Notes: generated by a model from the sequence alone, not told the origin. Counted from the whole stretch's first letter, positions 1-11,859 are shown. The stretch is 63,794 nt of DNA, filler included, from Chiloscyllium plagiosum (GCF_004010195.1; 7 parts of one record of this genome joined end to end with filler, not necessarily neighbours in it), one strand, 5' to 3'. Translations and numbers: made by a program.

Positions 1-610
1 GGAACATTGCACTGCCTTCACTGCCATCCCTCTAAAAGTAACCTTTTTTAAAAAAAAACTAGGTCTAAAGAATAGAACAAGCAAAATGCAGCACTTACCT
101 ACTTACCACAACGGGACTTATTATTAGGTTAGAGGAGGAGGGAGGGTGCCTCAGGTTCCTCTCCTGCACGCTTTTATATATAAAAAACCTACCCAGGTAA
201 GCTTGCGCTACACCAGCTTCCGGCTGCCCCTCTGGTCGTCGTCACTTTCCCCTGCTGCTCCCGCTCTTTCTGTGAAGAGAAAAAAAACACCGCTGCCTGC
301 TACCGGTGTAATTTTAAAACAAACTGTCTCACCTTAGCTGTAGCCTTCCGGGTTTGTTTAAACTCAGCAGCTACTTGCACTCAAAATGACCGTTGGCGTC
401 GAAGGGTGAGTATTTATACTCACTGCTTTCCTTCCCAGCTGCCCCTCTGGTCGTTGTCACTTCCCCCTGCTGCTCCCGCTCTTTCTGTGAAGAGAAAAAA
501 ATACACCGCTGCCTGCTACCGGTAAGTAATTTTAAAACAAACTGTCTCACCTTAGCTGTAGCCTTCCGGGTTCGTTTAAACTCAGCAGCTGCTCGCACTT
601 AAAATGAGCG
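1..610 (-). mobile_element. CR1 LINE 5' UTR with two ~215-bp tandem monomers and the ORF1 start (ATG at 27, MAVKAVQCS...)
   Basis: The minus-strand start resembles ORF1 MAAQAVECSS at 13976. Direct repeats lie at ~223-389 and ~438-607. The motif gaccgttggcgtcga is shared with 14186-14200. Confidence 0.75.
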
Positions 611-611
611 C

Positions 612-965
612 TTCCCCTATCTCCTGACTCCACATGCAATTTCCCACTCCTATGCTGGATTGACTAGAGTTAAGATTAGGGCCATTCTTTTATTCCTCAT
701 ATACCTATAGAAATCTTTAGGGTTTTCCTTGCTTCTGCCAACAAATTCTCATGTGCCCTCCTTGCTCTTCTTAGCACTCTCTTTTAGGTCTTTCCTGACT
801 AACTTGTAACTCTCAAGCTCCCTAACTGACCCTTCATGTCTCATTCTAACATAAGTCTTTTTCCTCTTGACAAGAGCTTCAACTTCTTTAGTGAATCATA
901 GCTTCCTCATTCAACCACTTCCTCCCTGCCTGACACGTACATACTCAAAGGGCATGTAGTAGCTG
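612..965 (-). mobile_element. Degenerate CR1 ORF2 fragment
   Basis: Colinear with the CR1 segment at ~23640-24180 (acctatagaaatc-ttagggtttt...). Confidence 0.7.
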
Positions 966-2799
966 TGTGAATATGGACTGAAGGAGGACAGAAGCCTCGT
1001 ATTTTTGTTTAGTTAGGACACTATGATCAGCACAGGATTGGATGGCTGAAGCGCCTGTTCCTTTGCTGTACTAGTTTTTATTCTCTTTACAGCATCAATG
1101 CAGCCATGTGTTCAGATGCCTTAGTCCCACATTCTTAAAATTGCCATATATGTACACACTCTACTGACCTTGCTGAAGAAGCTCACATAAAATTCATCTT
1201 ATTATTCATAAAAAGTTCCCAAACCAAGCCCTTCAAAAATGTTGACTGCTCCAAATATTAGTTAATGTTAAAAAAAACTGACCTCTTTCTCTGGTATGAA
1301 AGCAGTAGGCCCAGTTGTTACAGGCTGAGGGACCCTCACCTCTTTCTGCTGATGAAAAAAATGTAACTGTTTAGAGTCATTGCTGAAATAGTTTAAAAAT
1401 TGAGATTGCTACACATAATAGAAACAATTGCTTTGTACTCACGAAAACAAACATTTCTTGTGAATTTCTTACCTAAATTATTTACAAGTTTCAGAAAACA
1501 GAATAATGTACTGACACAAGTGGAAAGATTTTTAAAAGGGCAGGAGATTCAGAGGGGTTTGGGAAAAACACCAACACACAGTGGGTGTTGTTAATCTGGA
1601 CTGCACTATCTGGGAAGTGCATAGAGGCTGGGACCCTCAACCGTTTAAAAAAAGGTTTGGATGAGCCCTTCAAAACACCATAAAATGCAAGGATATAGGA
1701 CAAGTGCAGGAAATTAGGATTAGTGCAGCTTTAGTGGTTATGTCAAGTCAGTGCAGATTCAATTGGGCAAAGGGCCTTTTCTGCACCATATAAATCTATG
1801 ATTGCTGTAAAGATTCTGCCATCCACATCATATTCTTTACGATACCTTACTCATCCTTCACCTTGGTTTTCAGGTTTCTGGTCTCAAGAATGCCATTTCT
1901 ACATTCATCCACTTCAATGCAACTACTTCTCATATTGTGCGCATTAAAAAGTTACTACACATCGCAAATTTCATTATCCACTAATCAATTTATAGCACAT
2001 TGCATTTTCTCAGTGCACAACCATGAAGGAATAAGATAGTGTTTCCAACAATTTCTTCAGCTCTTCAAGAACATAATAAAGTAGGTTGTTAACTGTTAGT
2101 TAACATAATTCTACTGTGCCAGCAGCAATCAGTTCAAGGGTTGGTGGTTTCTCTGGATGAGAAGGCATTTGGTCAGGTAAAAAAATGACTTTTAAAAAAA
2201 AAATATACCCTGGAGCGGTTTGGCCTGGGTGAAGTGCTTACTGGTGTTGGGCAAGGNNNNNNNNNNNNNNNNNNNNNNNNNNNNNNNNNNNNNNNNNNNN
2301 NNNNNNNNNNNNNNNNNNNNNNNNNNNNNNNNNNNNNNNNNNNNNNNNNNNNNNNNNNNNNNNNNNNNNNNNNNNNNNNNNNNNNNNNNNNNNNNNNNNN
2401 NNNNNNNNNNNNNNNNNNNNNNNNNNNNNNNNNNNNNNNNNNNNNNNNNNNNNNNNNNNNNNNNNNNNNNNNNNNNNNNATTTTGAAGGTGGATTGTCCT
2501 TTAAGTGGGCATAGGTAGGTTTTCTTTACTTGGGCCTCTATCACTCCTAGTTTCGGTCAGTTATTCAAGGCTAATTTTGTTCCGTTGTTTGACAAGATTG
2601 AACAAGAGCTTCAAAGATGAGTAGGGGGGTCACTTCCAATATCATGGTTGGTCACATTGCTCTTATCAAAATGAATGGTCTTCCTCACTTATTGTACCCT
2701 TTACAGATGCTCCTTTTGCTTTTTCCTAGGCATACATTTCAAAAATTGAATGGCTTGTATAGTTCTTATATTTGGCACTATAAATGGCCCCTTATTTGT

Positions 2800-3120
2800 T
2801 TAGATTAGATTGGATTCCCTACAGTATGGAAACAGATCCTTCAGCCCAATAAGTCCACACCAAACCTCTGAAAAAGCAACCCACCCAGACCCATTCCCCT
2901 ACCCTACATTTACCTCTGACTAGTGCACCTAACACTAAATGGGCAATTTAGAATGGCCAATTCACCTGACCTGCACTTTGTTTGGGATTGTGGGAGGAAG
3001 CCCATGCAGACACTGGGAGAATGTCTATGTAGAGTTTGCACAGTCGCCAGAGGTAAGAATCCAACCCAGGTCCCTGGCACTGTCAGGCAGCAGTGCTAAC
3101 CACTGAGCCACTATGCTGCC
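2800..3120 (-). mobile_element. HE1-type tRNA-derived V-SINE
   Basis: tRNA-like head (tggctcagtggttagcactgctgcc on minus) and (aatct)n tail. Same family as 26095 and 48455. Confidence 0.85.
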
Positions 3121-3682
3121 CTTTTATAAGCGTGTGAAGATGCAATTGCCCCAGGGATTGGCAGGAGTGGACCTCCCAGCAATTAGAAGTTATCAACTGA
3201 ACTCCGTCCAATTTTTTGTAAATGATTGAGCCTGTGGGTTCAGTGTCAACATGGTTGGACATTGAGACTTCCCAGGCAAAGTGTCCTCTTATCAATGTTC
3301 CAATTGTTACTAACACTGTCAAAGCATGGAGGACAATGAAGCAGATTAGAGACTTTATTCTAAAGGAGACCACGCTTTTAATAGAGTGCAATAGATCAGA
3401 AACAGAAAAAGGGCACTTCAGGCTAAGAGCCCTCTTTTAGCAATTCTATCATTTACTGATTGGGGTGAGGGTGGCGGTTCCTCAGGCAACAGAGCATTTA
3501 CGTGAGAACTGGGAAAGATTTATGAGTGGAGATCACTCCGGAAACATGGGAGGACATTTGTGAGAATGCAAAGAGGATTTTGATATGTAACAGGACCCAT
3601 GTTATGCAGTTAAAGATTCTTCATAGGGCTCATCTGAACCTGGATCATGTTGCAAAATTTAAACAGGGAGCATCCTCAATGT

Positions 3683-3815
3683 CAAGATTAGAGTGCTGCT
3701 GGAAAAGCACAGCAGTCAGGCAGCAACCGAGGAGCAGGGATCAGGAATCCAGCTTTTTCAGCACAAATCTAATCTTGAGTCTAATGTATAGCATCTGCAG
3801 TTCTCACTTTCGCCT
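3683..3815. mobile_element. Short fold-back Penelope-derived insertion with a 14-bp TSD
   Basis: agcatcctcaatgt (3669-3682) and agcattctcaatgt (3816-3829) flank it. Removing it restores the L1 reading GASSMCPKC. Confidence 0.8.
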
Positions 3816-5159
3816 AGCATTCTCAATGTGCCCCAAGTGTAAAATAAATACAGGTACCAGCATTCATTGTGGTCCTGCCACAGCTCTGTGCATACTGGAG
3901 CATTGTGGCAGGAGTAACAGAAAGGGTCGCAGGGATCAAAGTCAAGGTGGACCTGGTCTCCATGTTTGCTAAATTTACCTCCCTTAGATGTACATGGGGA
4001 AGGTTTTAAAAATTTTCACTTTTTGTGAAAGGAGTGTGCTGGCTTCGAGATCACCTTTTCCCCCCACCCCAAGGTCTGTCAGGGTGGCATAAGCTAAATA
4101 TGGGAACACATTCCTTTGGACTTTCTCAAATATGGTGCACCAGAAATGGCGGCCTTTTTTGAATTATTAGGAAGCAGATCTGTCTGCCATTTTAAATAGG
4201 GATTTTGTCCAGCCATGATAGTTTGGTTTAATAAATATAATGCCCAGAGAGAATGAATTTCAAACAAATGTGCGTTTAATATTTGATGCTCTCAAAAAAG
4301 GTTGAGCTGCTGGAGTGGCATCATTTATTTATTGACTGATTGATTTATAGTATGTGCAGCTTTGATTTATTTCATAGAGTAGAATTGGTTTGTTTGCTTT
4401 TGTTGTAATGTTACATCTTGATATTTTGTAACTTTAAAATTTTAAGGAAATGTTTGTTCATAAATATTTTTAAAAAACACTTTAAATAGTTAACCACAGG
4501 TCAATGGAGTCAAGGANNNNNNNNNNNNNNNNNNNNNNNNNNNNNNNNNNNNNNNNNNNNNNNNNNNNNNNNNNNNNNNNNNNNNNNNNNNNNNNNNNNN
4601 NNNNNNNNNNNNNNNNNNNNNNNNNNNNNNNNNNNNNNNNNNNNNNNNNNNNNNNNNNNNNNNNNNNNNNNNNNNNNNNNNNNNNNNNNNNNNNNNNNNN
4701 NNNNNNNNNNNNNNNNNNNNNNNNNNNNNNNNNNNNNNNNNNNNNNNNNNNNNNNNNNNNNNNNNNNNNNNNNNNNNNNNNNNNNNNNNNNNNNNNNNNN
4801 NNNNNNNNNNNNNNNNNNNNNNNNNNNNNNNNNNNNNNNNNNNNNNNNNNNNNNNNNNNNNNNNNNNNNNNNNNNNNNNNNNNNNNNNNNNNNNNNNNNN
4901 NNNNNNNNNNNNNNNNNNNNNNNNNNNNNNNNNNNNNNNNNNNNNNNNNNNNNNNNNNNNNNNNNNNNNNNNNNNNNNNNNNNNNNNNNNNNNNNNNNNN
5001 NNNNNNNNNNNNNNNNACTTTTGCTCCAAAAATGAGGGGAATAACCCAGCAACCACAGCCCAGTTAGTTTAACTTTTTTTTATAATGAGAACTTTTTGAA
5101 AATAATACTGCAAAGTATAACTAAGTCACTAGATGCATGGATTAATTAAAGAAAATTGC

Positions 5160-6290
5160 TACCAATTTGTCAATGGCAATTTCTGCATAACTAATATGAT
5201 TAAGTTTTTTTGTTCTGGAAAGGGTTTAATAGGGCAGCAGATGATATGGTGTACATGGACTTCACAAAGCTTTTGATAAGGTGCTTCTAAATTGATTTGA
5301 GTTAAGTTGTGGTTTATAGAATAAAAGGGATAATGGCAGCATGAATGCAATTTTGGCTGCCGAAAAAGGAAACAGACTATTGGTGAATGTTGGTTTTTAT
5401 ACTGAAGGAAGGTAAACAGTTCCTCCAGCAGCCAATTGTCAAAGCATTTTTGAGATATTATTAACAACTTGGACATGGATATGCGTGTGCACAATTTCAA
5501 AATTTGCAGCTGACCCAAATTTTGGACGTGTGACGAGTAATGACTTCAAGAGGATATAGGCTGGTGAAATGCTTGGAAATGTGGCAGATGAAACTTAATA
5601 CAGAGGAGTGGGAAATGATGCATGTTTTCCTAAATGAGGAGCAGCGATATTAACTGAAGAATACCATTCTTTAGGAACAGAAGATCTGGAACAAAAGAGG
5701 AGAGTGTGAAGAAAGGTGCATAAATTTGTTAACTGTGGGGCAAATTCAGAAAATTGTGTGCATAGTGCATAGACAGGGCATTTATGAGACCAAAAATGAG
5801 GGATATGACTATCCTTTTTTGTAATGAATCAGTCCTCCACTTGGAATAGTGTCTAATTCTGCACAGCATTTCAGGGAGGATGTGAAGGATTTCATTTATG
5901 CGCATAGACTGGAAACATTGGGGTTTTTGTTTTAGAAAGTTGGGAGGAGATTTGATCAGAAGGAGTCTCGATAAGGTAGTGGGAAGTTGTTCTTAAAGGT
6001 GGAAGGGTCAAGAAAACAAGGACACAAATTTTTAATGTGATTTGCAAAAGAATCAATGGTGACATGAAAATAAACTTTTACTAAATGAGAGTTTAAGGAT
6101 ATTGAATGCAGTACATTAAATGTATATGATAGCAGATTCAATAGGTTCTTTTATTACAAAATTGGGTAAGCATAAAAAAAATCCACAAGGGTTGGGGTGA
6201 AGCAGTGGGACCAACAAAGTTGCTCTTGAAACAGTTGGCAGGGACTTGACTGACTGACTGACTGTCCCCTTTCTACCATCTAATTATTTT
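5160..6290 (+). mobile_element. Old CR1 RT and 3' fragment
   Basis: Degenerate gatatggtgtacatggacttcacaaagcttttgataaggtgc (D.VYMDF.KAFDKV) and CR1-like 3' sequence. Confidence 0.7.
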
Positions 6291-6303
6291 ATTCGTGTTG
6301 CAG

Positions 6304-6504
6304 ATCGTCCAAAATAATCCTGTAGATGGGAATACCAACTTGCTAATCCTGGAAGAATATTCCACCACAAGGCACCATGACAATACCACACGAATTATGG
6401 TTTTGTACCCTCAATACTTAGAATCTTTTCTTCGGACCCAGTACTACATACAACGCATGGATGGACCATTCCCCTTTGAATACAGGCATTACTTGGCAAT
6501 AATG
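6304..6504 (+). CDS. SESN3: Sestrin internal exon (201 bp, phase 0-0; equivalent to the human SESN3 exon encoding VVQANT...YRHYIAIM); sestrin-3-like, possibly a sesn4-type paralog
   Basis: Acceptor ttgcag at 6298-6303 and donor gtaaag at 6505. Encodes [67 protein letters not shown], matching the sestrin N-terminal domain. Paralog assignment is uncertain. Confidence 0.95.
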
Positions 6505-7603
6505 GTAAAGTAAATGGAATGTAAACACTGAGCATTTAATTATGCAGCTAAAGTTATTGCTGGGGTTTTGTCAATTAAGTACACCAAACAAATGACAAAA
6601 TTTAATTGCTTTACTGACACTTAAGTACCATAGTTTCCTGTTTGTGCAACAAACACTAAAATGTCTGGCAAAGATGGCTGCCACTTGAGCCTGTGCAAAG
6701 AGTGCAATAAAGATGGCCATCACCTGGATGTGCACAGATGGCACCAGTGTTCACAACTTTTACCTGAACTCTTAATTAACTGTAAGGTGTTTGGCAAGTT
6801 GTAGGGGATCTTATGTGCACCGTGAAGAAAGCTTTGGCTGGCAGCTGGGCTGATGTGAAGAAGCCCTGGTCTGAGGTCAGGTTCAGTATCCGGAGACAAG
6901 CTCCCTTGTGCTGACAAGGGGAAAGGCACCTCTGCAAAGTGGCTAAGAAGGAAACCTGAGGGAAAGTGAAAAAGAAGTTGAAGAAACAGCACAAGTAAAA
7001 TAATTAGTGAACAGAACCATAGCTAAGAATCGGCTTTTCTAAATTCACCCCATTTCTCTAAATAGGTGAACCTGTGAGAAAATTCTGTCCTGTTGTCAAG
7101 CTCATTGTTAATGCAGAATATTCAAATTAATACAACAACAAAGTACTGCAAATGCTGAACTTCATTTGAATTTAACATTTGTTAAATCCCTGGTTTCTCT
7201 TTCATAATAAAGGTGTCCAATCAGCATTTTACTTGATTTCATGATGCATATGCACAGTTAATGCCACCCAGTGGTAATGTTTACACCTATTTGCCATATA
7301 ACACACAATTGGAACCTATTGGACTATAACCTGGTGTTGTGAGATTTGTAACTTTGTACACCCTAGTCCAACACCGGCTATACATCCAAATCATGTATAC
7401 TTTTTCAGATTTTTAGCCACTTTAAATATGTTTTTGTTAGCTCAGTGGGGCCATACAAACTGCACCTGCATTGTATCCAACTCAGGCAGTTTGAGCGCAC
7501 AATCTAGATTGATGCAATTGTTTAGGACTAAACATAAAAATTTCCAACCTTGGTACTGCCTGTACCCTCTTGCAATTGCATGTAAAAATATCCCAGTACT
7601 GTA

Positions 7604-8160
7604 ATGAAATTACTGCACATCTGGATAGTAGTAACAGGATAGGACAGAGTCAGCATGGATTTATGAAGGGGAAATCATGCTTGACTAATCTTCTTGAATT
7701 TTTTGAGGATGTAACTATGAAATTGGATGAGGGAAATCCAGTAGATGTAGTGTACCTGGACTTTCAGAAAGCTTTTGATAAAGTCCCACACAGGAGGTTA
7801 GTGAGTAAAATTAGGTTACATGGTATTGGGGGCAAAGTACTAGATTGAATTGAAAATTGGTTGGCTAATAGGAAACAAAGAGTAGTGATAAACGGCCCCA
7901 TTTCGGAATGGCAGGCAGTGACCAGGGGGGTACCGCAGGGATCCGTGCTGGGACCACAGCTTTTTACAACATATGTTAATGATATAGAAGATGGTACCAG
8001 CAATAACATTAGCAAATTTGCTGATGATACAAAGCTGGGCGGCAGGGTGAAATGTGATGAGGATGTTAGGAGATTACAGGGTGACCTGGACAAGTTAGGT
8101 GAGTGGGCAGATACATGGCAGATGCAGTTTAATGTGGATAAATGTATGGTTATCACTTTG
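7604..8160 (+). mobile_element. CR1 RT fragment
   Basis: QHGFMKGKSCLTNLLEFFEDVT, VYLDFQKAFDKVPH, GVPQGSVLGP and KFADDTKLGG motifs. Confidence 0.92.
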
Positions 8161-8447
8161 GTTTTGATTACTCGTCCCTAATCTCCTCTTTGAAAATGGC
8201 AGAGTTGCTTTCTTGAACTGTTGTAGTACAAGAGAGTTACATACATGCTGTGTTCAAGATGAAATTCAAGAATTTTGACCATTGAAGAAGCAGCAATATA
8301 TGTCCACCGGAGGATGGTGATCAGCTTAGAGGGAAACCCTGTAGGTAGTGGTGCTGCCGTGTATCCAATGCCCTTGGCATAGACTCATAGAGTCATAGAG
8401 TCATAGAGATGCACAGCATGGAAACAGACCCTTCGGTCCAACCTGTT

Positions 8448-8735
8448 CAGCTTAAAAATACGGGGTAGACCATTTAGGACAGAGATGAGGAGAAACTTCT
8501 TCACCCAGAGAGTGGTGGCTGTGTGGAATGCTCTGCCCCAGAGGGCAGTGGAGGCCCACTCTCTGGATTCATTTAAGAAAGAGTTGGATAGAGCTCTTAA
8601 AGATAGTGGAATCAAGGGTTATGGAGATAAGGCAGGAACAGGATACTGATTAGGAATGATCAGCCATGATTATATTGAATGGCGGTGCAGGCTCGAAAGG
8701 CTGAATGGCCTACTCCTGCACCTATTGTCTATTGT
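8448..8735 (+). mobile_element. CR1 3' end
   Basis: FFTQRVVAVWNALP...KELDRAL and its 3' UTR. Near-identical to 63468-63794 (minus). Confidence 0.85.
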
Positions 8736-8737
8736 CT

Positions 8738-8960
8738 AGTACTAGAAGAGGTGTTTTCCCCAGTGTTAAGGCCAGTATTGTCAATTGCCATCACTAAAAG
8801 ATTATTCATCCATCATCAAATTGCAGTTTGTAGATCCTTGATACATGTAAATTTGTTTCCCCTATATTACACCAATGATCACACTTCAAAAGTATTTGAT
8901 TAGCTGTAAAGAACTTTAAGATGGCATGATGTAATAACAAGTGCCATCTAAATGCATAAA
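8738..8960 (+). mobile_element. DeuSINE (SacSINE1-like) 3' half, degenerate
   Basis: Deu-domain-like cacacttcaaaagtatttgattagctgtaaagaacttt. Homologous to 32590-32770. Confidence 0.6.
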
Positions 8961-9039
8961 TATAAAACAAAGAAAAACAAACAACATCGTGGGCCAAAAG
9001 GCCTGTTCTGTGCTGTACTTTTCTATATTCTGTTCTAAC

Positions 9040-9230
9040 TTTGCTGGAAATCTGAAACAAAAACAAAATGCTGGACAAACTCAGCAGGTCTGGCAGCACC
9101 TATGGAAGGAAAGCAGACAATGTTGAGTCTTGTGACCCTCTTCCAAGTCTGATGAAGGGTCAGAGGACTCAAAATTAACTCTGCTTTCTCTCCACAGATG
9201 TCAGATCAATTGAGTTTCTCCAGCAATTTC
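9040..9230. mobile_element. Older fold-back PLE-derived element with a degenerate hammerhead
   Basis: Inverted arms gctggacaaactcagcaggtctggcagca and cagatgtcagatcaattgagtttctccagca, with a central ctgatgaagggtc. Confidence 0.6.
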
Positions 9231-9790
9231 CACGTAAATGCAACGCATTCATTCACATCAGAATTTTTAAGCAAGATTTGTTTTCTTTCAGCAATCAATG
9301 TTTGAGAATGACAGTATGTTTAGAATGTCATCAGAATAAGGAAACCTGGAGCTCCCAAGACTATTCACTGAAAACAAAATGAGAACTATGCTTATATTTG
9401 GGCATGTCTAAAGTGATTCTCTTCTATTTTATACGTCCATATTTTCTACTGTTTGGGATGTTACTGAATAAGTAACCACTAACACATGCAGTCTTTCTTT
9501 TTATACTAGGTTGTGTCATTAGTTCATTGAAGTATGAGGTACTTCATAAAAAAGGAAACGGTTGTTCAATTGGACTTTGCAAAGTGTTGCTTTGTGAAAT
9601 CCTCAGGTTAAACAATTTGAGTGAACACATCATTGCCAAGTAGGGAGGCAGTAGCATTGCAGTATTGTGAGTATCTGGCTAAAGACCCAAACTAAAGTTT
9701 TGAGGGAAAAGGTTCGAATCGCACCATAGCGAATGATGAAATTCAATAAAATCTGTAATTAAAGCAGGTCTAATGGTGATTGTGTATAGG

Positions 9791-10245
9791 GTCATAGAGT
9801 TGTACAGCACAAAAATAGACCCTTCAATCCAGTTCGTCCATACCAACCCAATATCCTAAATTGTTCTAGTTCCATTTGCTAGTATTTGGCCTGTGTTCCT
9901 CCAACACCTTCCTATTCATGTACCCATCCAGATGACTTTTAAATGTTGCAATTATACCAGCCTCCACCACTTCCTCTGGCAGCCCATTCCATACATGCAT
10001 CACCCTCTGCTTTAAAAACACCAAGATCTCTTTTTAAATCTTCCCCTCTCATCATAAACCTATGCCCTCTAGTTTTGGACTCCCCTACCCTGGTGAAACT
10101 ACCTTGGCTATTCACCATATCCATGTCATTCATGATTCTCTAAACCTCTGTAAGGTTACCCCTCAATGCTGCAGAAAAAGATAACCCCAGCCTATTTAGC
10201 CATCTCTTCTCAAACTTTTCTTAAATCCTCCAACTCTGGCAACAT
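9791..10245 (-). mobile_element. CR1 3' fragment
   Basis: VGESKTRGHRF motif and the CR1 3' UTR/tail. Confidence 0.8.
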
Positions 10246-10348
10246 TGTAGAGCAATTTGAAGTGATCAAAATTTAATATAAAACAATGACAGCTCTTTCC
10301 TCTGCATGTTCAGTGCTAATATACTTGTTTTTGATATTCCCTAACCAG

Positions 10349-10531
10349 GCTGCTGCCAGGCACCAGTGTTCCCATTTGGTAAACACTCATGTAAATGAGT
10401 TCTTGCAGGTTGGTGGAGAAGTGGAGTGGCTAAATGGCTTGGAGTATGTCCCACAGAAACTGAAAAATATCAATGAAGTCAACAAAATCCTTGCACACAG
10501 ACCTTGGCTGATCACAAAGGAGCACATCAAG
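10349..10531 (+). CDS. SESN3: Sestrin internal exon (183 bp, phase 0-0) containing the redox Cys (human SESN2 C125 equivalent)
   Basis: Acceptor ctaaccag ends at 10348 and donor gtaaat starts at 10532. Encodes [61 protein letters not shown] and splices in frame to 6304-6504. [10 protein letters not shown] is SESN3-like. Confidence 0.96.
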
Positions 10532-11169
10532 GTAAATCTTCAACTGATGTTTGAATGATTTAATTGTAGGCTTCCAGTAAACTTCCATATTCTGGGCATT
10601 GTATGTTCTGTAACTATATATCTGTACTGAATGAAAAACTGATTTATTTTTCATAAATCAATGGAGAAAATGCTGGTTGTGCAATTTGAGTAAAATGCTA
10701 ACGTAATGTTATCTTAAATATTTGCTACCCTATATTATAATGCCAATAATTTGTTTTTTTTCTCTTCCATTTTACATTATATTTTTGGTGAGTTGAGAAA
10801 TTTTTTTGTTCCTCCACTGTGTACAAATTTCACTTCCTCTTCTCCTTAAAAAAATCAGGAGTCTTTCATATATCATTAGCTGAAAATAAACTTGTACCAG
10901 ATAACCATGAAGTTCCCTATTACTGTTGGAGAATTTTCTGTTGATTTTTCAACATCATTTGAATTTTCAAATGACAAATTGCAACCATTGTTTTAAATTT
11001 AGCTCAATGTTTTGTGTTTTTATATAAAAATATATTTTGTTGTGGCAAAGGAATTGATTATTCATTCGCTCTTGTCCACTATCATCATTAAGCTTTTTCA
11101 TACAAAGTGATGCATTAGAAAGGCAAGATTCATGAACAGTGGATGACAGGAGAAATCGTATGACTCGCC

Positions 11170-11859
11170 AAAAAGAAAAGGGAAGCATACATAAGGTCCA
11201 GGCAGCGAAGAACAGAATGTGCCCTAGAGGAATAGTGGGAGAGTAGGACCAGTCTTAAACAAGGAATCAAACGAGCTAAAAAGGGTCATGAAATAGTTCC
11301 AGTGAACAGAATTAAGGAGAATCCCAAAGCCTTTTATTCTTATATAAACAGCAAGTGGATAACTAGAGAAAGGACTGGTCCATTAAAGGATATGGAAGGA
11401 AGGTTGTGTCGAACCTGAGAAAATGGGTGAGATGCTGAATGATCAGTTTGCATCAGTGTTCACTGAGGAGAGGGAGATGATGAATGTTAAGATTAGAGAT
11501 AGAAGTTTGATTGCTCTGGATCACATTGACATAAGTAGGGAAGATGTGTTGAGTAGGCTAGAGGTTAAGGTGGACAAATCCCCAAGGACTGGATTGGGTC
11601 TATCACAGGTTGCTGAGGGAGGCAAGAGAGGAAATAGCTGGGCCCTGACAGATATCTTTGTAGCATCCTTAAACACAGGTGAGGTACTGGAGGACTGGAG
11701 AGTTGCTCATCTTGTCCCCTGTACAAGAAGGGTAGTAGGGATATTTTGGGTAACTATAGACCAGTAAGCCTGATGTCACTGGTGGGAAAGTTGCTGGAGA
11801 GGGTACTAAAGGGATAGGATCTATTTATATTTAGAAAAGAGTGGGCTTATCTGTGATAG
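11170..11859 (+). mobile_element. CR1 ORF2 fragment (tether region to RT start)
   Basis: MGEMLNDQFASVFTEE, EDWRVAHLVP and the NYRPVSL-like aactatagaccagtaagcctg. Confidence 0.85.

Larger units (their letters stand above)
2060..4480 (+). mobile_element. Decayed L1/Tx1-clade LINE ORF2 (RT and C-terminal zinc finger), interrupted by a gap, a SINE and a mini-PLE
   Basis: Translations across frames: VQGLVVSLD-EKAF, YTLERFGLGE, IALIKMNGLPHLLYPLQML, TWEDICENAKRILICNRTHVMQLKILHRAH and CPKCK. Confidence 0.8.

Noticed and set aside
2140..2176. Minus-strand resemblance to the upstream sestrin exon (GPSAFIPEK)
   Set aside because: Wrong strand and frame. The plus strand reads VSLD-EKAF of an L1 RT.
2173..5067. 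ORFs running through N gaps
   Set aside because: They are open only because of undetermined bases.
9510..9538. 29-nt poison exon between the sestrin exons
   Set aside because: The acceptor is plausible but the donor (gtactt) is weak, and there is no other support.
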